Notes under the pieces: model-generated
The model's database searches: none
What the model saw: only the letters and a program-made list of their open reading frames with translations
Told to the model about the DNA's origin: nothing
In this document: positions 12,176-21,645 of the stretch, in pieces
Layout of the letters: every line of letters begins with the position of its first letter
Position numbering within the stretch: position 1 is the stretch's first letter
Position numbers and translations under genes: made by a program
Source of the DNA: Rubrivirga sp.
GTDB taxonomy: Bacteria; Bacteroidota; Rhodothermia; Rhodothermales; Rubricoccaceae
Direction of reading: 5' to 3'
Length of the DNA stretch: 40,933 bases
Assembly: GCF_049648075.1 (NCBI RefSeq)
Contig: NZ_JBARYR010000319.1
Location: forward strand, 1 to 40,933

Positions 12176-12913
12176 TTACGCGACCTCGAGGACGGCAGAC
12201 GACGTTGACTCGATCGCGAAATCTTCGGGGTCGATACCGAAGATGACGCGGATGGCTTGGCGCTGAGCCAAGTCGAGGATCGCCAAAAACGTCACGATCA
12301 CGAACGGCTTGCTGCGTCTGGTCACGAGGGCACGGAACGAGGTCCCCCCGTCCTCGATGCGGCCCATCACCCACGCTCGCTGGACGTCGATCGCGAACGT
12401 CTCGCGCGTAATCTCGTGGCGCAAAGGCTCAGCCACCGCCTCTGCACGCTCGACGATGGAGCCCAGCGCGTGGACCAGATCGAAAAGGGTTGCTCGGTAG
12501 GTCGTCTCGGTGACTACGGACAAGCGCTCTCGGTCATCGCTGGCGGCACCACGAACGAAGAGCCGGCTCCGGGCGTCGAACCGGACGGAGAGCTCGCCGG
12601 CCGCCTCTTTGAACCGCACGTATTCGAGAAGCCGATCGACGAGTTCTTTGCGGGGGTCGATCGGTTGTCCGTCTTCGTCGAGGTCGGGCCTCGGCATCAG
12701 CATCCGGGCCTTGATCTGAATCAGCAGGGCCGCGGTGTAAACGAAGTCCGCTGCCGCATCGAGGTCGACGGCCTCGATGGACCGGACGACCTCGAGGTAC
12801 TCGTCCGCGATCTGCGCGATCGGGATGTCGTGGACGTCGAGTTCGTCGCGCCGGATAAAGAAGAGCAGGAGGTCGAGTGGACCCTCAAACTGCTCTAGGT
12901 GGACGCGGTGCAT
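12176..12913 (-). CDS. scpA: SMC kleisin ScpA
   Basis: FEGPLDLLLFFIRR, LLIQIKARMLMP, VTFLAILDL. Confidence 0.95.
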   Translation of the reverse strand: MHRVHLEQFEGPLDLLLFFIRRDELDVHDIPIAQIADEYLEVVRSIEAVDLDAAADFVYTAALLIQIKARMLMPRPDLDEDGQPIDPRKELVDRLLEYVRFKEAAGELSVRFDARSRLFVRGAASDDRERLSVVTETTYRATLFDLVHALGSIVERAEAVAEPLRHEITRETFAIDVQRAWVMGRIEDGGTSFRALVTRRSKPFVIVTFLAILDLAQRQAIRVIFGIDPEDFAIESTSSAVLEVA

Positions 12914-12986
12914 GGGCGGACGGCTTTGCAGAAGCTACGCCCGTCCTCGAGTCCGGGAGTCGTCCTCGAGGGTGCGACCTCGGCGC

Positions 12987-13946
12987 CTAGGCTTCCTGCT
13001 CCCGAAACCAATCGACGGTCGTGCGCAGCCCCGTGGCCACGTCGATCTCGGGAGTCCACCCGAGCACGTCCTTGGTGTGGCGTACATCGAGGACGCTGCG
13101 TTGCTGCTCGCCGGGCTTTGCCGGCCCGTGGTTCTCGTCGGCACCCGCCTCGGTGAACTCGTTGATGTGGCGGAAAAGTTGGTTGACGCTCGTCTCAATG
13201 CCGGTGCCGACATTGTAGATCCCGGACGTGTCGCGGGCGAGCCCGGCGACGAACGCCTTGACGACGTCGCCCACGAACACGTAGTCGCGTGTCTGTTCTC
13301 CCGGTCCGTTGATCGTGATCGGTTCGCCCCGAAGCAGCCGTTGGGCGAAGATGGCCACCACGCCCGCCTCACCATGCGGGTTCTGGCGCGGTCCGTACAC
13401 GTTGCCGAACCGGAGCGCCGCGTACTCGAGGCCGTGCGTCTGATGGTAGAACCGCAGGTAATGCTCGCTCACCAGCTTGGTGATGCCGTAGGGCGACATC
13501 GGCAGCGTGGGATGGCTCTCAGGCTGTGGCCCTCCGCCATTCACGTCGGGGTCCGGCTCCCCGTAGATCGCTCCACCGGTCGACGCGAACGCCACTTTCT
13601 CGAGGCCGTTCTCTCGCCCGGCCTCCAAGAGGTTGAGGAAGCCGAGCACGTTCACGTCCGCATCGAACGGAGGGTCGGCGACGGACCTGCGGACGTCCAT
13701 CTGGGCAGCCAGGTGGCACAGAGCCGCGAACTTGTGGGTCGCGAACAGGTCGGCAGCTTCTTGGGACCGGATGTCGAGCTCGTGGAAGGTGGCGCCATCG
13801 GGGACGTTGCTGGGGACGCCGCCGGACAAGTCATCGAGGACGTGGACATCACAGCCTTCTCGGACGAGACGGTCGGCGACGTGCGAGCCGATAAAGCCGG
13901 CCCCGCCGGTAACAAGGACGGGGCGACCTTCGAATGGGAATGCCAT
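12987..13946 (-). CDS. NAD-dependent epimerase/dehydratase (UDP-glucose 4-epimerase-like)
   Basis: TGGAGFIGSH, HLAAQ, ASTGGAIYG, YGITK (YxxxK), NVYGPRQ. Confidence 0.92.
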   Translation of the reverse strand: MAFPFEGRPVLVTGGAGFIGSHVADRLVREGCDVHVLDDLSGGVPSNVPDGATFHELDIRSQEAADLFATHKFAALCHLAAQMDVRRSVADPPFDADVNVLGFLNLLEAGRENGLEKVAFASTGGAIYGEPDPDVNGGGPQPESHPTLPMSPYGITKLVSEHYLRFYHQTHGLEYAALRFGNVYGPRQNPHGEAGVVAIFAQRLLRGEPITINGPGEQTRDYVFVGDVVKAFVAGLARDTSGIYNVGTGIETSVNQLFRHINEFTEAGADENHGPAKPGEQQRSVLDVRHTKDVLGWTPEIDVATGLRTTVDWFREQEA

Positions 13947-13954
13947 CTGGATGG

Positions 13955-15202
13955 TTAGTCGGAGGGGATGAGAGCTACGGTGCTGAGCCGCTCGGGCGCA
14001 AATAAATCGGACGCGACCTGTCTGACGTCATCGGCCGATACCGCGTCGACCTCAGCGACGATCTCCTCGATCGACACGACGCGGTCGTGGACCAACTCGA
14101 CTCGTCCCACCCTTTGCATTCGGTTGGAGGTGCTCTCGAGGCCGAGCATGAGAGAGCCTTTTAGTTGGTGCTTGGCACGGGTCAGCATCCGAGGGCTGAC
14201 GGCCGTCTCGGCGAGCTTCGCGAGCTCGCGTTCGATCAGAACTTTGGACCGGTCCAGCCTCGAGGCGTCGGTCCCGATGTAAACGCCGAGGTCCCCCGAG
14301 TCGGCCTGGACGTTGACGAACGAGTACACGGAGTAGCACCAGCCGTACTTCTCACGAATGTTCTGGTTGAGTCGGCTCGACATGCCTCCCCCCAGGATCG
14401 TGTTGAGGACCGACAGAGACGTTCGACGCGGGTCATGAGCCCCGAACGCCCTTGTGCCGACCACCAAGTGCGCCTGCTGGATAGGCCGCTCGACACGGAC
14501 CTCGGCCTGATCGTATCCAGACGGCGCGTCACGGACGGACGGGTTCGGACCTCTGTCGAACCCTTCCAACAGCCGCTCGACGTGACGGACGACGTCCTCG
14601 TGGCGGACGTTGCCGGCAACGGACACGACCAGCCGGTCCGGCACGTAATGTCGTCCGATGTACTCGACGAGCGCCTCACGCGTAAACGACCTGACGCTGT
14701 CTTGCGTCCCGATCACAGGCTTGCCGAGCGGGTGCTCGGGGTAGAGCGCCTGCTCGTAGAAGTCGAACACGTGGTCCTCGGGCGCGTCCTCGTACATCTT
14801 GATCTCTTCGATCACGACGTCTTTCTCCTTCTCGAGCTCTCGCGCGGGCAACGTGGGCTGAGTCACGAGGTCGAGGACGGTTTCGAGCGCGCGTCCGAGA
14901 TGCTCCGTCAATCCGCGGGCGTAAAAGCACGTCTGCTCCTTCGATGTGAACGCGTTCAGGTACCCACCGACGGACTCCATCCGCTGGTTGATCAAGTACC
15001 CGCGCCGTCGACGCGTCCCCTTGAACACCATGTGCTCGATAAAGTGCGTGATCCCGGCCTGGTCCTCGCGCTCGTCGCGGCTCCCGGCGTCCACAAAGGC
15101 CCCGACAGCGACAGACCGAACCGACGGGATGGTCTCCGTCAGGACGCGGACCCCGCTCGGCAGCACCGTCCGGCCGGTCTCAGGAATGAGTTGAGTAGCC
15201 AT
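13955..15202 (-). CDS. M16 family zinc peptidase
   Basis: HFIEH (HxxEH) motif, GGYLNAFT, GGGMSSRL. Confidence 0.93.
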   Translation of the reverse strand: MATQLIPETGRTVLPSGVRVLTETIPSVRSVAVGAFVDAGSRDEREDQAGITHFIEHMVFKGTRRRRGYLINQRMESVGGYLNAFTSKEQTCFYARGLTEHLGRALETVLDLVTQPTLPARELEKEKDVVIEEIKMYEDAPEDHVFDFYEQALYPEHPLGKPVIGTQDSVRSFTREALVEYIGRHYVPDRLVVSVAGNVRHEDVVRHVERLLEGFDRGPNPSVRDAPSGYDQAEVRVERPIQQAHLVVGTRAFGAHDPRRTSLSVLNTILGGGMSSRLNQNIREKYGWCYSVYSFVNVQADSGDLGVYIGTDASRLDRSKVLIERELAKLAETAVSPRMLTRAKHQLKGSLMLGLESTSNRMQRVGRVELVHDRVVSIEEIVAEVDAVSADDVRQVASDLFAPERLSTVALIPSD

Positions 15203-15257
15203 AGGCGCGGCCTATCCCGAACGCGAGCGGGTGTTCCACACCCACGGCGACTTCGCG

Positions 15258-16691
15258 CTATCGGCCGCTGCGCGCTGCGTCGACTCCTGCCACCGCCTGT
15301 CGGCGATTCGGCGCCCGGTCGAGGACGGCGCGGAACGCGCTCTCGGCCTCGAGGTCGCGACCGGCCTCGAGGAGCGCGTGCCCGTACGCCTCGTTCGACG
15401 GGACGACGGGAGCCGGGGGACCGAACGTGAGCGGCGCCTCGGCCTCGAGGGCGGCGGCGTGCTGGAGACGAGCGAGGCCGTCCTCGAGGGCGCCCTGGGC
15501 GATCAGGAGACGGCCCTGGAGTTGGGCCAGCGCCGAGCGGACCGTCCACGACGGGTCTTCCGACGCGTCGACCTCGAGGGCGAACTGCTCGACCCATGCA
15601 CTCGCGTCTTCGAGGCGCTCGGCCTCGATCCAGTCGACGACCGTTGGCAGCCACCGGATCGCTCGCGTCGTCAGGCCAACACTCTCGAGGGCGCTTGGTG
15701 CGAGAGCAGGATCATCGAGGGCGGTCACGTCTCCATAGGCAGACGCGTGGGCGGACGCCATCCGGGCGACGTGGGCGATGGCCGTAGACCCGTCCTCATC
15801 GTCGCGGACGTGCTGCTTCGCGATCTCGAGAAGCCTGGCCGACTCCCCTTGCTGGTCGAGCTGCGTCGTGGCGTAGTGCCACCACCAGAGCGCGTGCCAC
15901 CCATGACCGTTCAGCGCCTCTCCGCGTCGGTCCGATCCCGCTTTGGCCGCTCTGTAGCTGCGCTCGTTCATCTCGGCGACGTCCTCCCACATCCCGAGTG
16001 CGAGATAGATGTGGCTCGGCATGTGGAGCGCGTGGCTCGCGGCCAGGGCGACGTCCGCGTACACGCGTGCGGGCCGAAGTCCGAGTGGCGCGTGGACGGG
16101 ATCGTCGTAGGCGTGGATGAGGTAGTGCGCCGCTCCGGGATGTCGCGGGTTGACATCGAACACCTCCTCGGCGACGGCCGCGGCTTTCATGTAGACGGTG
16201 AAATCGCGCCCTTCGTGAGCTGTGCCGAGCAGCGCAAGAGCATAAAAGGACTGAGCATCGAGGTCGTCGGGGTACCTCATCGCCAGGTCCTCCATCGCCT
16301 CGGCATACGCGTCGTCGCGGGCCTCTTTGTCGCCTTCCCCGAACAGGACGTCGAGCGTCGCTGCGTAGGCCTGTTCGCGCTCGCTCGCGCCGCTCCAGTC
16401 CACGTCCTCGAGGGCGGCTCGCGCAGCGTCGCGATCCTGTCGCTGCCAGATGGGGTGGTTGTGCGTCATGGCCTCGCCCCAGGCGGCCATCGCGAAGTCG
16501 GGATCCAACCTCCGCGCTTCTTGAAAGGCGTCGCGGGCGTCCACGTATTCGAACGAGTGCAGCAGAAGAAGCCCGCGGAGAAACGGCTCTTGCGCGACCT
16601 CGAGGCCGGAATTCTCAAACGAGGTCTCGCCGAGGTCCTGGGCAGAGACGGTCGCAGTGACCAGGAAAACGAGTGCGAGGACGCGGATCAT
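15258..16691 (-). CDS. Secreted TPR-like repeat protein
   Basis: Signal peptide; FLRGLLLLHSFEY, HPGAAHYLIHAYD and HALHMPSHIY motifs of a widespread TPR family. Confidence 0.75.
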   Translation of the reverse strand: MIRVLALVFLVTATVSAQDLGETSFENSGLEVAQEPFLRGLLLLHSFEYVDARDAFQEARRLDPDFAMAAWGEAMTHNHPIWQRQDRDAARAALEDVDWSGASEREQAYAATLDVLFGEGDKEARDDAYAEAMEDLAMRYPDDLDAQSFYALALLGTAHEGRDFTVYMKAAAVAEEVFDVNPRHPGAAHYLIHAYDDPVHAPLGLRPARVYADVALAASHALHMPSHIYLALGMWEDVAEMNERSYRAAKAGSDRRGEALNGHGWHALWWWHYATTQLDQQGESARLLEIAKQHVRDDEDGSTAIAHVARMASAHASAYGDVTALDDPALAPSALESVGLTTRAIRWLPTVVDWIEAERLEDASAWVEQFALEVDASEDPSWTVRSALAQLQGRLLIAQGALEDGLARLQHAAALEAEAPLTFGPPAPVVPSNEAYGHALLEAGRDLEAESAFRAVLDRAPNRRQAVAGVDAARSGR

Positions 16692-16803
16692 AGTGGTCAG
16701 AAACGAAACCGACCTCGAGGACGCGAGCGGAGCAGGTCCGGTTCGTCCTCGAGGCCGTAGAGGGATTCAGCCCCGAGGTCGCGACCTCGAGGACCGTCGT
16801 GAA

Positions 16804-18843
16804 CTACGCCGACGCTGCCGTCGCGTCGAGGACGGCCCCGTCGCCCATCGAGGCCGAGTCGTCGGGACGAGGCGTGTACGGCTCACCGTGCTCGGGGAAC
16901 TGCTTGATGTACGCCTCCTGGACCGGGTGCCCCGTGTCGGCTGCGATCGGCGAGGCCTCCTGGATGTAGAAGTCCTCGTTCGGAAGCGTCTCCACCCAAT
17001 CGAGGGCGGCTTGGGCAGCCCGGCGCATCGAGTCGTCCGAGTTGACCGTCAAGGCCTTGACGTTGGCGACGATCCGCTCGTGAGCGATGTGCATAAAGTG
17101 CAAGCCAGCGAGCTTGTCGCGCTCCCACTTCTCACCGGTCGCGCCCTCCGCGAGCTGCTGGTCGAGCTTCGAGAGGACGGCGGACCAGGCGAACATCAGG
17201 ACCGCGTTGTCAGCGAGTCTGGCCTGGGTCACCTGGGCTGTCACGATCTTCTCTTCGAGACGACGCGAGGCGAGCTTGAACTCACGCGTGTGCGTTTGGA
17301 CGTGGCTCGCGAGCCGATCGGCAAACGAACGGAGCGAGGGGTGGACGCGGCTGACCTCGGGCTTCGCGACCTTCTTGCCCAGGAAGATCTCGGTCGCGAT
17401 CGGCGTGCCGGCCTTGATGGTCTGTGGTTGGAAGGCGCCCTTTAAAATGCGGGTCGCATTTTCTCCGACGGTCTCCTCGTCCGACCACTGGACGGTGTTG
17501 AGCAGGCCCAGCATGTACTCGGCGAGCTGCTTGCCGCCGTAGGCGAAGATGAACGACTGCATCACCTCGTTCGAGCCCTCGACGATCCGGTGGATCCGGT
17601 TGTCGCGCCACAGGCGGTCAAACTCGTTCTCTGTGACGTAGCCCTCGCCGCCCATGATCTGCATGGCCGAGTCGATCACGTTCCACCCCTCCTCGGAGCA
17701 GAAGTACTTACAGGCCGCCGTCTCGACCATGATATCGCGGTCGTGGCGGTCGAGCATGCCGCAGACGGAGTACAGCATCGCGTCCATCGCAAACGTCAGC
17801 GCGTGCATCTCCGCGATCCGCTTTTGGACCAGCTCGAAGTCGGCGAGTGGGCGCTGGAACTGGTAGCGCGTTGCGGCCCACTTCGTCGCCTGCTCCATCG
17901 CTTGCTTAGCCGCGCCGGAGACGCCCGCCGAAAGTGTGCAACGGCCGTAGTTCAGACACGTCAGCGCCACCTTCAGACCCTGCCCCTCGCGGTGCAACAG
18001 GTTCTCCTTAGGCACCTTGACGTCCTCGAAGCGGATGCGCGCCTGCCACGTGCCGCGGATCCCGGTCTTGGAACGGTTCTTCTGGAAGAAGCTGACGCCG
18101 TCCATGTCAGGCGTCACGATGAGCGCCGTCACGCCCTTCTTCTCCTTCCCCGTCTTCGGATCCGTCACGGTCTGGTTCGCCATCACGGTCAGCAAACCCG
18201 ACAACGCACCGGACGTGATCCACTTTTTCTCGCCGTTCAAGATGTAGACCTGCTCGTCCTCGTCCCACACGCACGACGTCCGTTGCCCCGCCGCGTCAGA
18301 ACCAACGTTGGGCTCCGACAGGCAGAACCCCGACAGCTTCTCGCGGGCGACGAGCGGGAGGTACTCGCGCTGCTGCTCTTCCGTCCCGAAGAGCATCAGG
18401 GCCTTGCACCCGATCGACTGGTGCGCCGACACCATAACGGCGGTCGACCCGCACCGGCGACCGATCGCTTCGAGGACGCGGTTGTAGGCGGCCACTCCGA
18501 GGCCGAGACCACCAAACTCTTCCGGCACGGTCATGCCCATCACGCCCATGTCGAACAAGCGTTGGATCACCCACTCGGGAATCACCTGCTCCTGGTCGAT
18601 CATGATCGACGGGTGCTCGTTGTCGAGATAAGCCTCGAGTTCAGCGACGAGCGCGTCGGTCTTGGCCTTCTGGTCAACCGAGACCTCGGGGTACGGGAAC
18701 AGCAGCTCCTCACGGACGCGCCCCCAGAAGAGGTTCTTGATGAAGCCCATCTCGTCCGGCTCGGGTCCTAGCATCGTCTCGGCTTCCTTGATCATCTGCT
18801 GATCGCGGGCGGAGACACCTTTCATGGATGAGAGAACGGACAT
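16804..18843 (-). CDS. Acyl-CoA dehydrogenase (VLCAD/ACAD9-like)
   Basis: FCLSEPNVGSDA, LNGEKKWITSG, QIMGGEGY, RIVEGSNEV. Start at ATG 18843. Confidence 0.92.
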   Translation of the reverse strand: MSVLSSMKGVSARDQQMIKEAETMLGPEPDEMGFIKNLFWGRVREELLFPYPEVSVDQKAKTDALVAELEAYLDNEHPSIMIDQEQVIPEWVIQRLFDMGVMGMTVPEEFGGLGLGVAAYNRVLEAIGRRCGSTAVMVSAHQSIGCKALMLFGTEEQQREYLPLVAREKLSGFCLSEPNVGSDAAGQRTSCVWDEDEQVYILNGEKKWITSGALSGLLTVMANQTVTDPKTGKEKKGVTALIVTPDMDGVSFFQKNRSKTGIRGTWQARIRFEDVKVPKENLLHREGQGLKVALTCLNYGRCTLSAGVSGAAKQAMEQATKWAATRYQFQRPLADFELVQKRIAEMHALTFAMDAMLYSVCGMLDRHDRDIMVETAACKYFCSEEGWNVIDSAMQIMGGEGYVTENEFDRLWRDNRIHRIVEGSNEVMQSFIFAYGGKQLAEYMLGLLNTVQWSDEETVGENATRILKGAFQPQTIKAGTPIATEIFLGKKVAKPEVSRVHPSLRSFADRLASHVQTHTREFKLASRRLEEKIVTAQVTQARLADNAVLMFAWSAVLSKLDQQLAEGATGEKWERDKLAGLHFMHIAHERIVANVKALTVNSDDSMRRAAQAALDWVETLPNEDFYIQEASPIAADTGHPVQEAYIKQFPEHGEPYTPRPDDSASMGDGAVLDATAASA

Positions 18844-19004
18844 AGAGGTTGGGGTCTGGAAGCGCTTTTCTAGAGACGTCGAATGTAGCCGACACTCGGT
18901 CGATCTCGGCACCTCCAGACGCGAAGGAGTCGAGAGTTCGAACGGCGGGCACACCTCTTACGCCGGAGGGTTCATTAGAGATCTCCTGACCCGTGATGCC
19001 GCGC

Positions 19005-19814
19005 ATGACCTCCTTCGCCTCCCGCCTCGACGCCGCCGTCCTCGAGGTCGGCTCCCCCCTTTGCGTGGGGCTGGACCCCGACCTCGACCGGCTCCCCTCG
19101 CACTTAAAAGGGGCAAAGGGAGTCGTTGAGTTTTGTATTGCAATAACGGAGTCATGTGCGTCACTGGCCGCCGCCTTCAAGCCCAACCTCGCGTTCTTCG
19201 AGGCCTTAGGCCGCGACGGTTGGTACGTCCTCGAGGACGTGTGCGCAGCGGTCCGCTCCACCGGGAGGCTCCTCGTCCTCGATGGCAAGCGCGGGGACAT
19301 CGGCAACACGGGCCGCAAGTACGCCGCGTCTCAGTTCGACGTCCTCGAGGGCGACGCCGCCACCGTCGCGCCGTACATGGGTTCTGACAGCCTCCTCCCG
19401 TTCCTCGAGCATCGGGGACGGTGCGCGTTCGCTCTGGTCGCGACTTCGAACCCCGGCGGGGCCGACCTCCAACAGCTCGAGGTCGACAGCGAACCGCTCT
19501 ATCACCGCACGGCAAACCTTGCGGCACGATCTGGCGAGCACGCCCAGGGCGAGATCGGTTTTGTCGTCGGGGCGACCCGCCCTGACGTGCTGTCGAGTCT
19601 CCGAGCCCGCCACCCCGCGGTGCCGTTCCTCGTGCCCGGAGTTGGAGCCCAGGGGGGGTCTCTCGATGAGGTCATGGTCGCAAATGCGAATGGACCGATC
19701 CTGATCAACTCGAGCCGATCGATCATCTACGCCTCTACGGGCGCCGACTTTGCAGAAGCTGCCGCCCGCGCGGCCCAAACGCTCTCTTCTGCCATCGCCA
19801 AGGCGTCGGTGTAA
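19005..19814 (+). CDS. pyrF: Orotidine-5'-phosphate decarboxylase
   Basis: LCVGLDP, KPNLAFFE, LDGKRGDIGNT, LVPGVGAQGG, INSSRSIIYAS. Confidence 0.95.
   Translation: MTSFASRLDAAVLEVGSPLCVGLDPDLDRLPSHLKGAKGVVEFCIAITESCASLAAAFKPNLAFFEALGRDGWYVLEDVCAAVRSTGRLLVLDGKRGDIGNTGRKYAASQFDVLEGDAATVAPYMGSDSLLPFLEHRGRCAFALVATSNPGGADLQQLEVDSEPLYHRTANLAARSGEHAQGEIGFVVGATRPDVLSSLRARHPAVPFLVPGVGAQGGSLDEVMVANANGPILINSSRSIIYASTGADFAEAAARAAQTLSSAIAKASV
19139..19149 (+). repeat. TGCAATAACGG polar motif copy 3 (in pyrF)
   Basis: Exact 11-mer; the host gene is on the opposite strand to the other host genes. Confidence 0.85.
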
Positions 19815-19835
19815 CCTTTGTCACGCGCGATCCGT
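19810..19835 (+). promoter_or_regulatory. Putative ECF-sigma (autoregulatory) promoter
   Basis: TGTAAC at 19810-19815, then 17 bp, then CGT at 19833-19835. This fits the AAC/CGT ECF promoter pattern and lies about 25 bp upstream of the ECF sigma ATG. Confidence 0.45.
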
Positions 19836-19859
19836 GGCGAGGGGGACCGATCTCTTCCC

Positions 19860-20366
19860 ATGAGCCCAGACGCCCTCGTACGCCAACACGCCGACCTCGT
19901 CTACCGAGTCGCGTTACGCGTGTCCGGCTCGACCGACGACGCCGCCGACGCCGCCCAAGACGCGCTGGTCAAAGTCTGGCAGAAGATCGGGGACGTCCCC
20001 GCCGAACGGCGTTCGGCGTGGGCGGCTCGGGTAGCGAGAAACGCGGCCCTCGACCTGCGGCGCCGGCGCTCCGTCCGGCCGACGCCGGGATGGGAGGAGC
20101 CCATTTCAGACCCTGCCAGCGCGGACCTCGGGCCGAGCCGGCACGCCGAGGTCTCCGAACTGCGTGCCAATCTCGAGCGCGCGGTCGACTCCCTCGACGA
20201 GCCGTACCGCTCCATCCTCGTCTTGCGCGAGATCGAGGGGTTCAGCTACGCCGACATCGCCGACACCCTCAGCCTCCCGCTCAACACCCTCAAGGTGTAC
20301 CTCATGCGCGCCCGACGACGCGCCCGAGCTGCACTCACCGCCGCCGCCCCCGACCTGGTCCCATGA
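19860..20366 (+). CDS. ECF RNA polymerase sigma factor
   Basis: Region 2 (DAADAAQDALVKVW...WAARVARNAALD) and region 4 (LVLREIEGFSYADIADTL..PLNTLKVYLMRAR). Confidence 0.92.
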   Translation: MSPDALVRQHADLVYRVALRVSGSTDDAADAAQDALVKVWQKIGDVPAERRSAWAARVARNAALDLRRRRSVRPTPGWEEPISDPASADLGPSRHAEVSELRANLERAVDSLDEPYRSILVLREIEGFSYADIADTLSLPLNTLKVYLMRARRRARAALTAAAPDLVP

Positions 20367-21097
20367 CGACCGACTGCTCCCCGCTCGAGGCCTACCTCGA
20401 GGACAGACTCTCCCCCGCCGAGGCCGACGCCTTCGAGGCACACGCGGTCGACTGCACGTCGTGCGAGGACGCCCTGGCGTTCCCAGAGCTCACGTCATTG
20501 CGCGACGTCCCCTGCCCCCCCGTCGTCGTCGAGGATGCCCTACGCCAAACGCGTCGGGCGCCCGACCGAGCGGCCTCGCGGCCGACACGACACTCGCGGC
20601 GCGTCGTCGGGTCTGGGATCGCTGTCCTCGCTCTGTGCGCGATCGCCGCCACTCTGCTCCTTCGACCGGACGCACCGAGGCCGGACATCGCGGTCGTGTC
20701 TGCTGCTCCCGCCGTCCTCGAGGACGAGACGCCCGTCGCTCCCGAGAGCGCCCCGACCGAGGACTCCGCGTCTCCAGACGCGCTCGGCGAGGCACCGGCG
20801 CCGGCACCACAACCGGCCGCTCCCGCACCGCTCTCTCAACCCGCCCCATCCCTCCCCGAGCCGCCCGCCCTCGAGGTCGCGGAGGCATCTCAGGACCCGA
20901 CGGAACGCGACGCTCCCCTCGAGGACGAAAGCCTCCGAGAGGACGACATGCCGACAGACGCTGAAATCGCTGAGGCGCAGCGCGACCTCGCCCTGGCTTT
21001 CCGCCTCGTCGCAGACGTCCAAGACCGAGCCCGCCACGCCGTTCGATCTGAAGCCGGGACCGTGGCCTCCACCATCGACCAAACACTCCCCTTTTAA
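20363..21097 (+). CDS. Zinc-binding membrane anti-sigma factor (zf-HC2/ZAS)
   Basis: HAVDCTSC (HxxxCxxC), one TM helix, Pro/Ala-rich linker; ATGA overlap with the sigma stop. Confidence 0.82.
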   Translation: MTTDCSPLEAYLEDRLSPAEADAFEAHAVDCTSCEDALAFPELTSLRDVPCPPVVVEDALRQTRRAPDRAASRPTRHSRRVVGSGIAVLALCAIAATLLLRPDAPRPDIAVVSAAPAVLEDETPVAPESAPTEDSASPDALGEAPAPAPQPAAPAPLSQPAPSLPEPPALEVAEASQDPTERDAPLEDESLREDDMPTDAEIAEAQRDLALAFRLVADVQDRARHAVRSEAGTVASTIDQTLPF

Positions 21098-21099
21098 CC

Positions 21100-21645
21100 A
21101 TGCGCGCCTTACTTCTCGCCACCGCTTTGAGCCTGTCGGCCCCCGTCTTTGCCCAGCCCATCACCACGCAGGAGCTGGACGACCTCTTTAACTCCGAGCC
21201 TCGTGTCGAAGTCAACCTTCGTGGCTCGCTCATCCGCCTGGCCGCCGAGGCTACGCGCGCCGAAGGGCCAGAAGCCGCCCTGATGCTCGATGGGATCCGA
21301 TCGGTCGTCGTTCGGATCTATTCCTCGCCGGTCGACCAGCGGCTCGTCGACCTCGAGCGCCTCAGCCTCGTCGGCGACCGCTTCGAGGACGACGGGTGGT
21401 CCACCATCGTCCGCGTTCGCTCTCTCCCCGACGACCCCGACAACGACGGCGACGTGTGGGTCTACGTCCGCGACGAAGGCGACGTCCTAGACGGGCTCGC
21501 GGTTCTGGCCCTCTCCACCGACGACGACACGGCCGTCATGGTCCACATCGACGGGACCATCGACCCTGCCCAGATCGGAGCCCTCAGCAGGCGCTTCGCC
21601 CGCATCGACCTCGAGGACGACTTGGACAGCGACGACGATGAGTAG
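21100..21645 (+). CDS. Secreted DUF4252-like protein
   Basis: Signal peptide; VEVNLRGSL, GWSTIVRVR and VMVHIDGTIDP pattern; located downstream of an ECF/anti-sigma pair. Confidence 0.7.
   Translation: MRALLLATALSLSAPVFAQPITTQELDDLFNSEPRVEVNLRGSLIRLAAEATRAEGPEAALMLDGIRSVVVRIYSSPVDQRLVDLERLSLVGDRFEDDGWSTIVRVRSLPDDPDNDGDVWVYVRDEGDVLDGLAVLALSTDDDTAVMVHIDGTIDPAQIGALSRRFARIDLEDDLDSDDDE

Noticed and set aside
14165..18771. Long plus-strand ORFs (14165, 15231, 16657, 17590)
   Set aside because: They mirror well-supported minus-strand genes and carry no recognisable motifs.
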